From the NCBI GenBank assembly GCA_030704615.1, contig CM060734.1, forward strand, positions 31,992,001 through 32,056,000: DNA of 64,000 nucleotides. Reading direction: 5' to 3'. The notes below the pieces were generated by a model that did not search any database, was not told where the DNA came from, and saw only the letters and a program-made list of their open reading frames with translations. Shown here piece after piece: positions 11,656-24,626 of the stretch. Position numbers and translations under genes: made by a program. The stretch comes from Takakia lepidozioides. Taxonomy: Eukaryota; Plantae; Bryophyta. How positions within the stretch are numbered: the first letter of the stretch is position 1; the number at the start of each line of letters is the position of its first letter.

Positions 11656-13663
11656 CATCCTACATACACATATGTCATTTTGAACTCATGAACTCTTGTA
11701 AGGCGACCTTGTGCAATCACTTTGCAACCTATTGGATGTTGATAACATATCTGATTCAATTCGAACATTGATTCATGCATCCTACAACTGAATATTGTCT
11801 TCAATTCCACACACATCCAATGTGTTAACCGGCTTATTTCTATCAAACAAACATAATTAGTTTTGGTGTCAATTCACAAGGTTGGGTAGCTTGTGAGCAT
11901 GCTCACGTTGGTGTGAGCCTGCTTATGTGAGCTGACAGACATATTCCACATATTCCCTTAAAATCGTAAGAACATGCGACAATGAAACAAAATTGATCAT
12001 GCTCACGCAACAAACATTGCAAAACTATTAAAAGAACGACAACACTGCAAAGAGCATCAATTGATAGAGATTCTTGGTTGTTTGAGTGTAGAGTAATTGC
12101 TCAGTTTGCCGACACCTCTTTGCACGTATGGTTGGCTTAAGTATCTTGCAACCCATAATTTTTGCTAGAGTATTATTCGTTGCTCTTAACCACCACACTA
12201 TCCACTGCTTTCTTTTATGCGAGGCTTGCCTGAGGGTGCTTCCAATTTATGTCATTTGTAAAAGTTACATTCAAATATGCCCATTTTTTGTGAGGGTATT
12301 CTTCTTTGTCAGTAGGGATGAGATTCACCTTTGTCCAGTAGGTCGAGTTCATGTACATTTCCAGTGGATGGATGGGGGTAGGAAGATCCAGCTAGTCGTC
12401 AGGGTATATACTATATACAGTATTTAGGAAAAAGTGCAAAAAGTTAGCTTGTCCTGTAAAAGTTAAACACACTTTACCTTTAATTGTCATTTTAAATCCA
12501 TTCCCTGGTATAAGGCATCTGTAAAGTACACAAACGTAACTGGTGGAGGGATCAAATCCCCGTGGGCCCGTTGCACGGCGGGGTCCACAGAGCAAAAAGA
12601 ATAAACGTGACACAACCGATGCTACTAAAACAGCGCCCCACTTTTCACATATTCCGTTGGAATGTGCGCGGGGCCAGAGCGGCAGCCACGTCAGAGCACA
12701 CCTCAGCAGCTGATAAACGCGGGGCAGCACGAATGTCAACCCCCACCCTGCAGACTTGGGCAGTTGACATCCGTGTCTTTGACTTTTCGCCTCCAAGTCA
12801 GTGCGCTTATTTGGCGACTCCAAGTCAAAGGGGGCAGCGAGTTAGTTAGCGTAACCAAGTCACGTACCCATATATCTATCTCTCTATATATCTATCAACC
12901 ATTTGGCAAGTGGGTCCCTGCCTTCCGGGTCAAGCCCGGTGACCCGAAGCAGCAGGAACAGGTGGGCCCATCAGCCGCAGTTTATCATCCATAATTTCGA
13001 CAGTGCTCCGTTGACAACCCTCATTTGTCATCCGTTGGACAGGTATACTCTTTTTCCGGGAAACTCTGGTAACTTCCTGGCAGAAACCTCGAAATCGAGT
13101 CAACTTGTTGCGATAAAATAGGTGTCGTATATGTAGAAATATGAAATGTTTCCAAGAGGAAACATCAGCAGGAGCAACTGGTCACGTGGGCCTTGACCGG
13201 AAAATAAAGCACATTCCAGGGGAGACAGGTCACAGGGGTTTGATATGTAGCCAGACCGGCAGGCCAATGCACAGATTGTCTTACCACGGGGCTGTTGGGC
13301 ATAGTAGCATACATACTCACATGCATGAAAGAGACTTCCTTGTAACCTGGACGTATTAAATAGGCTCTAGACAGATTATACATGTTGATTAAGGATGATG
13401 GCTTTTAAGTTGGATGAAAACCAGTTACCAACCACCATTGGAAATGAGATGAAACACCATTCATAATAACCTAAAGTGTGTTTATACAAGGCTGGGTCAT
13501 AATGAATTTTTGGCATATATGTATGAATCATGTATGTATATTTTTAAAATTTACGTATTTATGATGCTTGATTACATACTTGGATGATCTGCTCTAACCA
13601 CTATGTATAGCCCATCCAATATTTTGAAAAAAGGTATCTCAAAAAAATAGTAAATAGCATCCA

Positions 13664-13950
13664 TTGCTGTGTTTTCTTTTTTGGCGAAAAATCGCCAAAT
13701 GGCCACCTCAAAACATTAAAATGGAATATTTTGTCATAAATTCCCAATTTTTTCATGGATGAAATCGCCAAACTTCTACAAGGAAAAAAATAAAAATGGA
13801 TGAATTCGTCAAATGTGGATGATATAAATGGATGAAAGTATATTGGAGGTTGATTCTATCCAAATTTTCAATGGATGAACATAATATATAGTTATTTCTT
13901 GTAGCCACTCGTGCTATTTTTCAAATTTAAGAAAAAAATCACTGATCCAT
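13664..13950 (+). repeat. Dispersed AT-rich repeat (MITE-like)
   Basis: Shares aaaatggaatatt.tgtca..ttccc..ttttttcatggatgaaatcgccaaac...gtagccactcgtgcta with 34365-34610. Confidence 0.8.
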
Positions 13951-14147
13951 TGTATCAAATTACCTTTTATGATGAGGCTATTTAAGGAGTTTTGTCAAAA
14001 ATGCTCCTGTTACCTACTATTAAAAATAAAATAAAAATCAAACTGGTATCAGTGTGAGCATTAGGCAATCCAATGAAGCTTAATTTTATAAATATTCAGC
14101 ATTACATAATCCATTGGCATATAAGTTTTGATACAAGTAAATTAGAT

Positions 14148-14215
14148 GCCACCAGACAATAGCTCAGTTGAGATTACCATTCAAGTGACTCTAGGTTCAA
14201 ATCCTACTAACTTTG
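14148..14215 (+). other. tRNA-derived SINE head or tRNA pseudogene (Pol III A and B boxes)
   Basis: A box tagctcagttg at 14160-14170, B box ggttcaaatcc at 14194-14204. No intact cloverleaf. Confidence 0.5.
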
Positions 14216-15189
14216 TCGGGAGTGGTATAATCTTCTCCCCCTTCCCTTGGGCTGTGGTCTTTGAGCCTTGTGCTTGGTGCCACCCTCCTGCGAGGTTGCT
14301 ATAAAAGAGGTTATTTTTTCCTCTCCCTATAATTAAGGGGCTTGAACTGTTAGTCGCGAGCGTTTCCCATTGATTTTTTTTTGTCTTTAAGGTGTCATGG
14401 TTTTAGTCATGGTTATCTAGAATTACAAATGAAGTCCCAACACACAAAATATAAATATAAATATCTAAAATGTCCTAGTTAACTAGACGCCAGGTGAGGT
14501 ACCAAGCCTCACTTGGGACATGGGGATAGGTTTTCCCGTTGTGAGGATGGAGGAGGCTCATCTTCTTATAGTGAAAATAGAAAGTGAACATAATGGAATC
14601 CCTCCACTCATGAATCCACTCAATCACATAAACTAAGTCAAGCCAAGGGCACCCTTGCTAAGGGAATCCACCCTACAAAGCCCTCTCTACACTCCTTCTC
14701 AATACCTAGAGCTATGGAGGTGAGAGAGGCTCATGGAGGCTCTTGGCCCTCAAGGACCCCAAATAGTCCTTCAACAAGTCGTCAAAGACTCCTCAAAGCT
14801 CGCCAAATATTGGCAGGCTCTTGGGGCCTTGGTGTACTGTTTGGAGTACCATTGTCCAAGCTTTGGGAGCCTTAGTGAGATTGTTTGAGATCTTGAGGGC
14901 TCTTAGAGAGTTATTTGAGAGATCCTTGAAAGGTCTTGTCTATTGCTTAAGTAAAAGAGTGTGGAGAAAGGGTAGTTTGAGAGCATGTTGTGATAGGAAT
15001 TGCTTTAGTCTCTCTTCCTTGTAGTTTTCCACCCTCTCTGTAGGCCAAAACCTTTCCGTAGGTGGAGGCAAGAGTCAGTCCGGGTTTGGGCTCGGGTGTC
15101 TTGCAGAAGCGACACTGTAGAGTATTTTTGGTGTGGGGGAGTTATTTTTTTGATTTTCTTGTGTTTGGATCCCATCCACACCTGCATGC

Positions 15190-17090
15190 TTGACTGTGCG
15201 CCATGTCAGTTTTGTATGGGCGCTTGTTTCCATAGGAGGTTGGTCCAGATTTGATCACCGGCCAATCCTAGAGCGTAAGGGGTTGTTTCAATACCTTGAG
15301 GGGTCGCCCATGGACGATTACCATGAGTTTAGGCGGGGACATGAGGTGGAGATTGAGGAATGGCAGGAGTATTGGCCACTTGACTATATCTCCATCACTA
15401 GAGGCATAAGAGCAGCGACGACACCAGCAGCTACACCAACATCCCCAACTGCAAGCACTAGTAGTGGGACAAATGGTATAGGAGGTGGGAAATCCACTCA
15501 AGCTCCTGTTGCAGCACCAGCACCCGTGCCTGCCTTTAACATAATTGTGGAATTCTTCGAGGAGTTGAGGAGAACTACCATGGGATAATGACAGAGAAGT
15601 TGCGGAGCTTGCAAGAGTTCCAACGGAGGCCTACTGAGAGTTTGAGGGAGGCTTACACTCGTGTGAGGCGCTTGATAAACGTAACCCAAGGGATTACAGA
15701 AGCTCAGGCAGTCCAATTTTGGTATGGGATATTGGACAAGGAGCTGACGAGAAGGGTACGGGATGCAACTCTCTTACAAGTGGACCAATCCACCTTAGCA
15801 AATGTGTTTTTGCTGGCAGAGCGAATAGAGCTCAATATGGTGGAGGAGCGAGTGGTTATCGTGGGGTTTGGCAACGAGACACAACAAAGTAGGGCTCCTA
15901 GCCAACAACAACCACTACCCCAACGTGTTCAAGGCAACAAAGGGGCTCAGGCGAAGCCTACGGAAGGACAAAGAGGATCTCAGATGTAGAGGTCTCTTCC
16001 TTCATTCTCAGGCCAACAACAATTGGGTGTGAGTTGTTGGGATTATGGAGGACCTCATGTTAAGAAGGATTGCCCGGAGAGAGGCAAAGCGCCAACACAG
16101 GCACAGCCTACACAATTACAGTGTGGGCATTGTGGCAAGTATGGGCATGAGGAGGCCCATTGTTATGACTTGCATCCTGAACTATGGCCAGGCCAATTCC
16201 ATGGGAACAATGGTGGTCGAGGACGAGGCAATGTAGTCTAGAGAGGTAGAGGAGGCAGAGGTCATGGTGGATATCGTAACTAAAACCAATGAGCACAAGG
16301 TCAGGGTCAAGGTCATGACCAAGGCATGGTGGATAGGCTTGCCCAGCTAGAGCAACAGCTTGCTGCCAGACAACTATTCATGTTGCGCCAGCTCCAAGGC
16401 CTGAGATTCAAGCCCCACCTGCACAACCTCTTATGCCTAGGGAAGACCAGATTGGTATGGGCTTCATGTGTGGAGCCGTACTTGTAGGGCCATTGCATGT
16501 ATTGGATTCTGCTGCTACTGTTACTCGAGCAGTAACGCGTGCTCCTGAGCCAAGAGGAGCGGATGTGGATTTTGATCCACAAAGGGGGGAAGCAAGTTGT
16601 CAGACAAGGCTTCGACAGTCCTTTACATTGGCTGAGACAGTATCACCTACGCCATCAATGGCACCCGCTCGCCCAAGTGTGTCAAAGGTAGAGCCAAGAG
16701 TACCATTGGGGAGAGTTGGTGTGACTCGGGAAATGCCAGTGGGTGGTGCTGCAAAGCAAGGTGCAACCAATACATTGTTGGGGGCGGCTACGGCGGTTTA
16801 CCAAGTGTTCTGCAATGACCATTGCAATGCCAGGGATTCGGCCAGTTGTTGTGTTCAGACTAGCAGCTAGACTCTGTGAGAGTGATGATGCATCGGCACT
16901 ATCTGCGGGGATAGCAGATAAGGTGCAGTCTATGGATGCCTTGGATTCAAGGGTGAAGTCAGCCATAGCTGCACCATGGCAAGCGGAAGGTTGCAGGAGT
17001 TGTCAGCTAAGCCAGCCATTGAATGCAGCATGGTGACTCCTGGAGTAGTCCTGGTGGACAATCAGGATGAAGTGTTTCAATTGAGTGGCA
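15190..17090 (+). pseudogene. gag: Element A gag (retrotransposon gag domain + two CCHC zinc knuckles) and linker to protease
   Basis: LQEFQRRPTESLREAYTRVRRL...QFWYGILD; knuckles CWDYGGPHVKKDC and CGHCGKYGHEEAHC; RG-rich tail. Stops and frameshifts present. Confidence 0.85.
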
Positions 17091-18063
17091 TGTCGAACGG
17101 CTTTTACTCACCCATCCCTTCGCTATCCGAGGTGGAAACTCCAAGATAGAAGAGTTGGATATTTCTAAGCACTCAGCCCGTTCAGTACAATCAGTCATGA
17201 CCTACAACTAGTGAATCATGGTTGTGCTTCCCATTTGTATTCCTTCTTGCCTTCATGTTATCAATTCACCTTATCTGATACTGAAGCATCAGATTGCTTC
17301 AGTATCTACTTAATTCCAATTAATCATGCATTCATTTCACAGCTTCACTCATGTCTCTCTACACAGTGTGCTTGTATCGAATAAGTATCAGATTATGATT
17401 TATCAGGTATCAGACCAATGCCATAGTGACACTAATCTGCCCTACAGTTTCTCTACAACTTTGCATGTAACAAGCATCTACTGTTCATCTCTCCTCCTTC
17501 TCCGTGCTCTCCGCCTGATCTCCTCTCATACATGACCAAGAAGCCCTCCCCGTGAAGTGTGTCCCCTCTTTCCGTTGCCGCTCCCCTTATCTGCCCGCAA
17601 GATGTTCTAACCACCTAACTAATTAACCGTCATCCCTGTAGTAACACGTTCCTTTTGCAGATGTTGTTCCCTCACAGTCGTTCCCTGCCAATGATAACTG
17701 TTAACCGTCATCCCTGTAGTAACACGTTCCTTCTGCAGATGTCGTTCCCTCACAGTCATTCCCTGCCAATGATAACTGTTCCCCACGTACTGTGACAGGC
17801 TGTGTCAAGCTGTGTCGAGCTGTGACTGGCTGTGTAAGGCTGTGTCGGCTGTGTCGGGCTGTGTCGGGCTATGTTGGCTGTGACGGGCTGTGTCAGGCTG
17901 TGGCGGGCTGTGACGGGCTGTGTAAAGCTGTGACGGGCTGTGTAACCCCCCTAAAGCCTGCTGCTGCCACCCCTAAGGCTCATGTTGGTCTTAGTCTGTG
18001 CAAAAATTAAGGGTACCCCACAGAACCCGTAAAAGCGTCGAAGTCCCAAGCAGCCCTCTAACA
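17091..18063 (-). repeat. 3' LTR of element B
   Basis: tgtcgaacgg...ctctaaca. Contains a ~78-bp tandem duplication (17623-17780) and a 10-bp-period gctgtg array (17790-17945). Confidence 0.95.
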
Positions 18064-18102
18064 TTTACCCCTCCCTCTCTCAAAAAGCCGTGTCCTCACG
18101 GT

Positions 18103-21100
18103 TTACTGTTTGGGATTAGCAAACCTTTGTGAGCAAGCACCATTCCGACGGTGAGAGTCTCGTGAAAGACTCCGTGTGCGAGCCCGAATCCTGTCACTGG
18201 TTGACGGAGATGATTGAGCACTACTTGGAAATGTCTGACCCTCCTTTGGCTGATAACGAGGTAACCTCTCAGGCATAGGAGATCCCCGTCGTTTCTTCTC
18301 TGCCATCTGAAGTGCATAGTCCTCTGCCATGTCAAAAGAGTCCGCTGAAGAAACAGTAGTATTAGAATCCTCGTTGCCCCCCAGGTGTTTTAACGGCCGA
18401 ACTTTAAGTGGAATCCTGTGTGGCATACAATGTTGTCCAACCATATCTGGAAGTTTAAATTGTACAACTTGTTGTAAGCGCTGGCACGCAAAATTAGTGA
18501 ACGTCCTGAACTCCTTATCTGTATAGGTAAGAGGTGTACTAATGACTTGGGAACAGTGCAAGTATTTCCATGCCTCATGTCCCTTAAAGAAAATATCTTC
18601 AGGGCCGAATTTCTGTGTTGTCAAATTGTTCCAAGCCGAATGAAACCATGAACGAAGTTGGGAATTCTTCTGCATCATAACTTTTGCATCATATAGGTAC
18701 ATATGAGGTGGCACTGAAGGTAAGACCCAATGATCCCCACTGGAATAACTCAGAAATCGCAATTGCATCTTCTGCTGCTCAATGTGATAACGTGCCAGAA
18801 AACAAGCAGCATAGTATTATCCACAGCCCATGACAATACTTGATACCTCCTTGGTTTGGTATAAATGTACCCATGTACAACTTGGAAGGCAATTAATTCC
18901 TTCAACATGGTACCTGCTTCAGACCAGTACCTCGCAAAGTGATGATCCTCAATGGGTCGATTGTTCGGAAGAACCTTAGTCCTAGTCGCCACTGGCAGCC
19001 AAATGCGCATGATCTGGTAGTAATGAGCCAACAAATGTGGCGGACTAAATTCCTTCCAAGCCAAATCCAACACAACGGGAATTTGGTTGAAGGGTATAAT
19101 CATAGCCCGAGTGTACTCTCGTGCAGCAGGAGTCTTAGGTGGGTTAAAAGCAGCATCCCCCCATACCTCAGGCTGTGGTGTGGCTGTAGTAACAACAGGG
19201 TCAGCTACCTGCACAGTCACTTGTTGTGGTATTGGTACCACTAGCCCTTCTACCACTGGCATCTCCTGCACCCCTTGCGAAGAAGACTGAAAAATTAGAG
19301 TTCTGGCTTGTAAATAAGTAGCCATCAGCTGCTCCTCAGGTACAAAGACTCTCTTGTCAATATTTGAACTCAGATCATCCACCTGAGTCTGCAGGCCTTC
19401 TACATCCTCCTATAGCTCCGCTATCCTACTATAGACATTGTCTATAGTAGTTGTGGCAATGTTCTGCACCTGCAGTCTGAGCTCATTCATCTCGCCCTGG
19501 GTGAGCTTCTGTGGTGCTTTGCCTTCCACCGGCCCTTGTGCTAACCAGACCTGCATAAGGTGGTTATCCACCAAGTCGTGTGTGGCACCCCTGAGAGTCT
19601 GCTCCTCGGTGAGCCTGTACACATCTAACTGCTGCTGTAAAGCCTCCATGCGCTTTGCATGAGGTTCAACCAAACTCGCATAGGCAGCAGCCAGATTATT
19701 GGCTTCCTTCCAAGCCTTGTTAGCCACAGAGAGTTCATTTCTATTGACCATGACTGTTTGTTGCAACTCCAGGATGTACCTCTCTTGGTCAGCCTCAACC
19801 TGTCTGTATTGCTTGAAAGTATTCTCATTGCGACAGATTGTATTCTTCATATCAACAATGAGTTTCGCCTGCTCGATTATCTCTGCATCTGCCTTCATAC
19901 ATCTCTCCCCTTGTCTGTTAACTTCTAATGCAGTTTGCTCAAGAGTAGTTGTGAGTGTAGCACATTGTATGGTCATCCTCTCATGTACTACCTGCAACTC
20001 CGTATGTAGTGCATTCACTTCTTGCAACTTGCCCTCATGCTTCACCTGCATTTGGTATAACTGTTGCTTATGTGCTTCATGCAACTGGTCCTGCTCGAGG
20101 TCGGCTTCAATCAGATGTCCCTTGGCCAACTGCAAAGCAGCCTTTGTGTCATCTAACTCTTGCTGTAACTTGAGATTGACCTCCTCATCTACCTTGTTAG
20201 CACACTCAGTGGCAAGTCGAGCCTCAAACTCCTTCCTGAGTTCCTCCCTCAAAGCTGCCAATTGGGTAGATGGAACATGGGATTTCACATAAGTGCCCAA
20301 CAAATTAAATGTTCTGCTTATGGAACTCATAAGCATGGCCTGCTGAGGGTCATCATGGTGAGTTTGCTGCTGTTCTTCCTGATCCTCGACAGTGTGATGC
20401 CTCACCAACCATTCAGGCCATTGCCCCACCAGATTTTCTTCCTGAACCACCTCATCCGCCAGAGGTGCTGCAGTGTCTTGATATTCTATTCCTGGTACCT
20501 CCGTCACAAGTGTGGGTATTACATGCACAGCAGGGTTTTCCCTGGACAACCGCTGCACCTCTGGAATCACTGATTCCCTTACCAAGCCAGAGTTTTCATA
20601 GAGAAGTTCACCCTTCTCAATTTCAGCCACGACCTACTCTTAAGTGGGAATGTTCAACCTTTCTCCTTCCAGAGCAATTGGGGGTGATATCACAGCATGT
20701 ACTAACTGTGGAACCTCTAAAACAATTGAGTCAATTGGTTGTGGTGGCTGTGGTATCGAAGTGACTTCCTCTTCCCTTTCCGAAGGCTGTGCTTCCAATA
20801 ATAACAGCTCTCTGTGCTGTTGTGCCCCATCTTGCACAAGAGCTTGGGAAACATTATCGTGCGATTTCCGTGAAGCCGGTGGATCCACCACTACAGTCAT
20901 ACCCCGCCTCTGTCTCTTAGACTGGTGTTGCCCTGCCAGTCCACCCTCACTGTGTGAAGAGCCCTGCTCTTCAATTGCAGTGGTTTCTGCCTCAAACACT
21001 CTCATCTCCTTATGTTCCCGAGTATCAAGTATGCAAGAATCAAGAATTATTTGGGCAATGACTAGACCAGACACAATGATCGGAGACTTAGCAGCAGTGC

Positions 21101-22328
21101 CCTGTAACCTCTTCATCTCGTCCACCAGTCCGTTGTACATTAACTCCACCCAAGCGACATCCTCTCCCCTCAAAGCTTTCAGGATCTCCTCTGTGAATGA
21201 CCTGCTCAAATATTGTTGGTTCTGTTTCATGGCAAATAGAACGTTCAATATTTGGCCAACTTCCCTAAGCCCTGGGTACTCGGCTTTGGTACAAGCGTCA
21301 CCTTGAGTTTTAAAGAAACTCCCTTCTTGGAACAAATTCCCTATCTGCAATCTTGCCCTGTGCTCATCCACATCCATATGTCCTGATGGCAAATCAAACA
21401 ATTGCTGCAGGTACTGGGGAGTAATTTCTATATCTACTCTAACTCCCGTCCGAGGCTCAAAGTTCTGAAGAAATTGTATCATGAACTGCCGATGATGCAA
21501 GGACCAGTCATTGCGTAGCAGCCCCTCCAATCGCAACTCCCTTAGCAGCTGTACTGCTTGCGGTGCTGCAATTGTTTGCTTCTGCAGTATCGTGGTGCTC
21601 TTCACCCTGATATCCTCCATTCCCCTCACTCTCTTCATTCTAAACAAACAGAAAGGCTTTGTTTGAAACAGCTGAAGGAAAGCTTGCAGGGCACAGAGCA
21701 TGAAGGTATGGTTGGCACATAATGGAACAGGTAAGTGCGTGTATGCCTGTGGGGCTTGCAAGTAACGAGTGAGAGAAAATAAACTCTCAATGCGTCCGTC
21801 CTTGCGCCACTGCGTGAGAAGTAAAGCGAGTGTGTAATCGGTTACATCTGCCATAGCTACCAGGCTAGTGCTTTGATTGCCCATTCCGTCGAGAGCTTGG
21901 CTATTAAGAGCCACTCCGACTCTTCCGCTCATAACACTTCCTATTTCTTGTTCTTGTTTCTTGAAGGGAACCACCTGCATGTAATTCTCACTCCTGATTG
22001 GCTGTGGACTGCTTAGATAATTCCTTATTTCCACCCCCCTCCATGGACATTTCCACCTGGAATGTCCAGTAGGACAGCACATGTGGCATAGGTTTCCCTT
22101 TTCTGAACTCGAAAAGGGTTCCGTTACCCTGGCACTGAATGCATTAATGGGCCCACAATTAGTATTAGTTGTTGTACCGGGTTGGTACTGTGACGGCCCG
22201 ATTTGTCCTCTTGCATGATGAAACTCACTTTTGCAATCGATGCAGCGCGGTGTGCTTCGCCTTCGCCGCCATGTGTCCGTTTCTAAACATGCCCCCGTCT
22301 TCCCCTCTCCGCGTGGCACATTCTCCAA
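18103..22328 (-). pseudogene. Element B extra ORF downstream of integrase (CCHC-like motif, env-like/plant-mobile-domain-like region, long coiled coil)
   Basis: ORFs 20640-22328, 19410-20630 and 18750-19382 share one frame, separated only by point stops (TAA-GAG-TAG; TAG). 18103-18768 follows after a frameshift. Confidence 0.7.
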
Positions 22329-22420
22329 GTTTGACTTCCAAACTTTTTCTTCACTTCATGGCCACTTTTCTAACGTTAGTTCGCGTCCACCTGTCACTGA
22401 CCCTATGGACTGTGTAATCT

Positions 22421-22520
22421 GTATGGGCTGTGTTGGGCTGTGATAGGCTGTGTGGCACTGTGATGGGCTGTGATAGGCTGTGTGACGCTGTGATGGGCTG
22501 TGATAGGCTGTGTCACACTG
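22421..22520. repeat. Internal 10-bp tandem array (30-bp higher-order unit) related to the LTR array
   Basis: tgatgggctg/tgataggctg/tgtg.c.ctg repeated. Confidence 0.9.
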
Positions 22521-22687
22521 TGATGGGCTGTAATAGGTATGCAAACACCTGTAGTTCCCGCCCTGGTCTATATGCTCGGCTTAGCGACAAGTGCTCCATA
22601 CTCCGTTGGTATCACTGGCGCAGCCCGTGACTGCTTTTGCGTTTCAACATGCAAATCGTGCTGCAATGGTTTGTCATGGATACCACT

Positions 22688-24626
22688 TTATCCCTTCAAC
22701 TTATTGGCATTGACTCTTCCCAGCATCTCTTTGTTAATGGTTTGTAACATGGATGTGTTGTTATCATACATCTTCTGTATGACATAAGGTCCCTTCCATG
22801 GTGATTTAAGCTTAGAAGCTTTAATTTTCCCCTTCTTCTGCAACCAGAGAACCAAATCTCCCGTCTTAAAAGTCTTTAATTTGCCTTCATCAAACTGTTC
22901 CTTCCTCTTCATCTGAATTCTGGTCATGTTATCGGCTGCATCAGCACGTACTTTTTCCACATGGTATAATTCATGTTTCCTGACCTTAATTGAATTTTCC
23001 AATTCCATTCTCTTTCCCCATTCAGCTCTCATGGTAGGTAACAAGAATTCCACTGGAAGTAAAGCTTCCATACCATAAACTAATTGGAATGGTGTATACT
23101 TAGTGGTGACTTTATATGAAGTCCTGTATGACCACAAAGCTGTCAGCAGCTTTGTATCCCAATCCGTTATGTTTGCATTGACTATCTTAGCCAAGATAGT
23201 ACATAGTATTTTGTTGGTAGCCTCTGCCTGCCCATTACCCTGTGGGTAATACGTTGTACTCTTCCTATGCACAATCATGAACTCTTTAGTCAATAGTTCA
23301 ATGGTCTCATTAATGAAGTGACTTCCCTAGTCACTTATAAATTCCAAGGGACAGCCAAATCGTGTAAGTATGTTCTCATACAGGAACCTTGCTGTGGACT
23401 TGGCTGTGTTGTCCCTCAGAGCTTTAGCTTCCACCCACTTCGTAGTATAATCAGTGGCTGTAATTATGTACTTGTTCTGTGTATTCTTGGCCGGTGGGTT
23501 AATTGGTCCAACCAAGTCTAGTCCCCATTTCTGAAATGGTTCAGTAGGCATCGTAGGATGCAAAGCCATCTTCCCAGATCTCTGCAAGGGTCCTAGCCTC
23601 TGACATTTATCACAACTCTGACAATACTTGTGTACATCTTTGAACAAAGTAGGCCACCAGTAACTTGCAAGTAGTATCTTCCTACTGGTAGTCTCTTCTC
23701 CAAAATGACCTCCAGCCACTCCTTTATGAACTTCCTCCAAGACTTTATTTACTTCATGGTGGTACAAGCATCATTTAAGTACTCCATCAGGTCCTAGCTT
23801 ATACATTATGCCCCCTACCATAGTATAAGGTAAAGCCTTGATAGCGATTCTCTTCCTCTGCTCCTTACCATAACTAGGTGGGCATTGACCATGAGTAAGG
23901 TAGTATTTGATTGGCCACTGCCAATCTAACCATTCATCTGCATTTCCTTGCACCTCCATTGCAAATAAACTCGCATCAGGTAATTGGTCGTCTACTCCTG
24001 TGGCGGGCTCTCCTGTTGTTAGGCGTGACAAATGATCTGCCACACGATGCAAACGGCCAGGCTTGTAAACAATTTCGAACTCAAACTCGTGCAAGATTAT
24101 TAACCACCTTGCTATCCTTCCACTTATCAAAGGTTTGTTCACCAGATATATCATAGCCTGGTGATCCACATAAAACATAAACTTTCTTCCCAATAGGTAA
24201 TGCCTGAATTTCTTGACTGCATAAATCATTGTCAGTGCTTCTCTTTCAGTTGTGCTATAGTTCCTTTCAGCACTATTCATCAACCTGCTAGCATAGTACA
24301 CAGGTGAATTCATATTTCCTGTAACATTTTGGGCTAACACCGCTCCCAACGCTTCTCCTGAGGCATCACAGTGAACATGAAATACTACATGCCAGTGAGG
24401 GTTAATCAGCACAGGTGTAGTTGTTACTGACAATGTAAGTTCCTCAAAAGCCTGTTGACATTCAGCTATCCATGCAAACACTGCATCTTTCTTCAGAAGC
24501 TTGGTTAATGGTGCTGCTATCTGTGCATACCGTCTGACAAATCTTCTGTAATAACTGGTTTGTCCAAGGAATCTCCTTAGACTCTTAACATTTACTGGTG
24601 GTGGAGAGGCTTTAATGGCTTTAATG
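22688..24626 (-). pseudogene. pol: Element B pol remnant: RT thumb/connection, RNase H, integrase
   Basis: LRRFLGQTSYYRRF, HCDASG, NYSTTEREAL, VDHQA, VADHLSR; H..GGHFG..CDKCQ zinc finger, WGLDLVGP, ISD*G, YPQGNGQAEATN, WKGPY. Point stops at 23771 and 23327. Confidence 0.93.

Noticed and set aside
14148-14215. Functional tRNA gene
   Set aside because: A and B boxes only; acceptor and anticodon stems cannot be formed. The same applies to 35270-35335 and 39245-39325.
17326-17535. Identical 69-aa ORF at 17326 and 25859
   Set aside because: Identity simply reflects the two LTRs; no coding signature.
17790-17945. CRISPR-like array or Cys-rich peptide ORFs (17792-18010, 26325-26543, 22356-22544)
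   Set aside because: Pure 10-bp tandem repeats without unique spacers. The ORFs are translations of the repeat inside or near LTRs.
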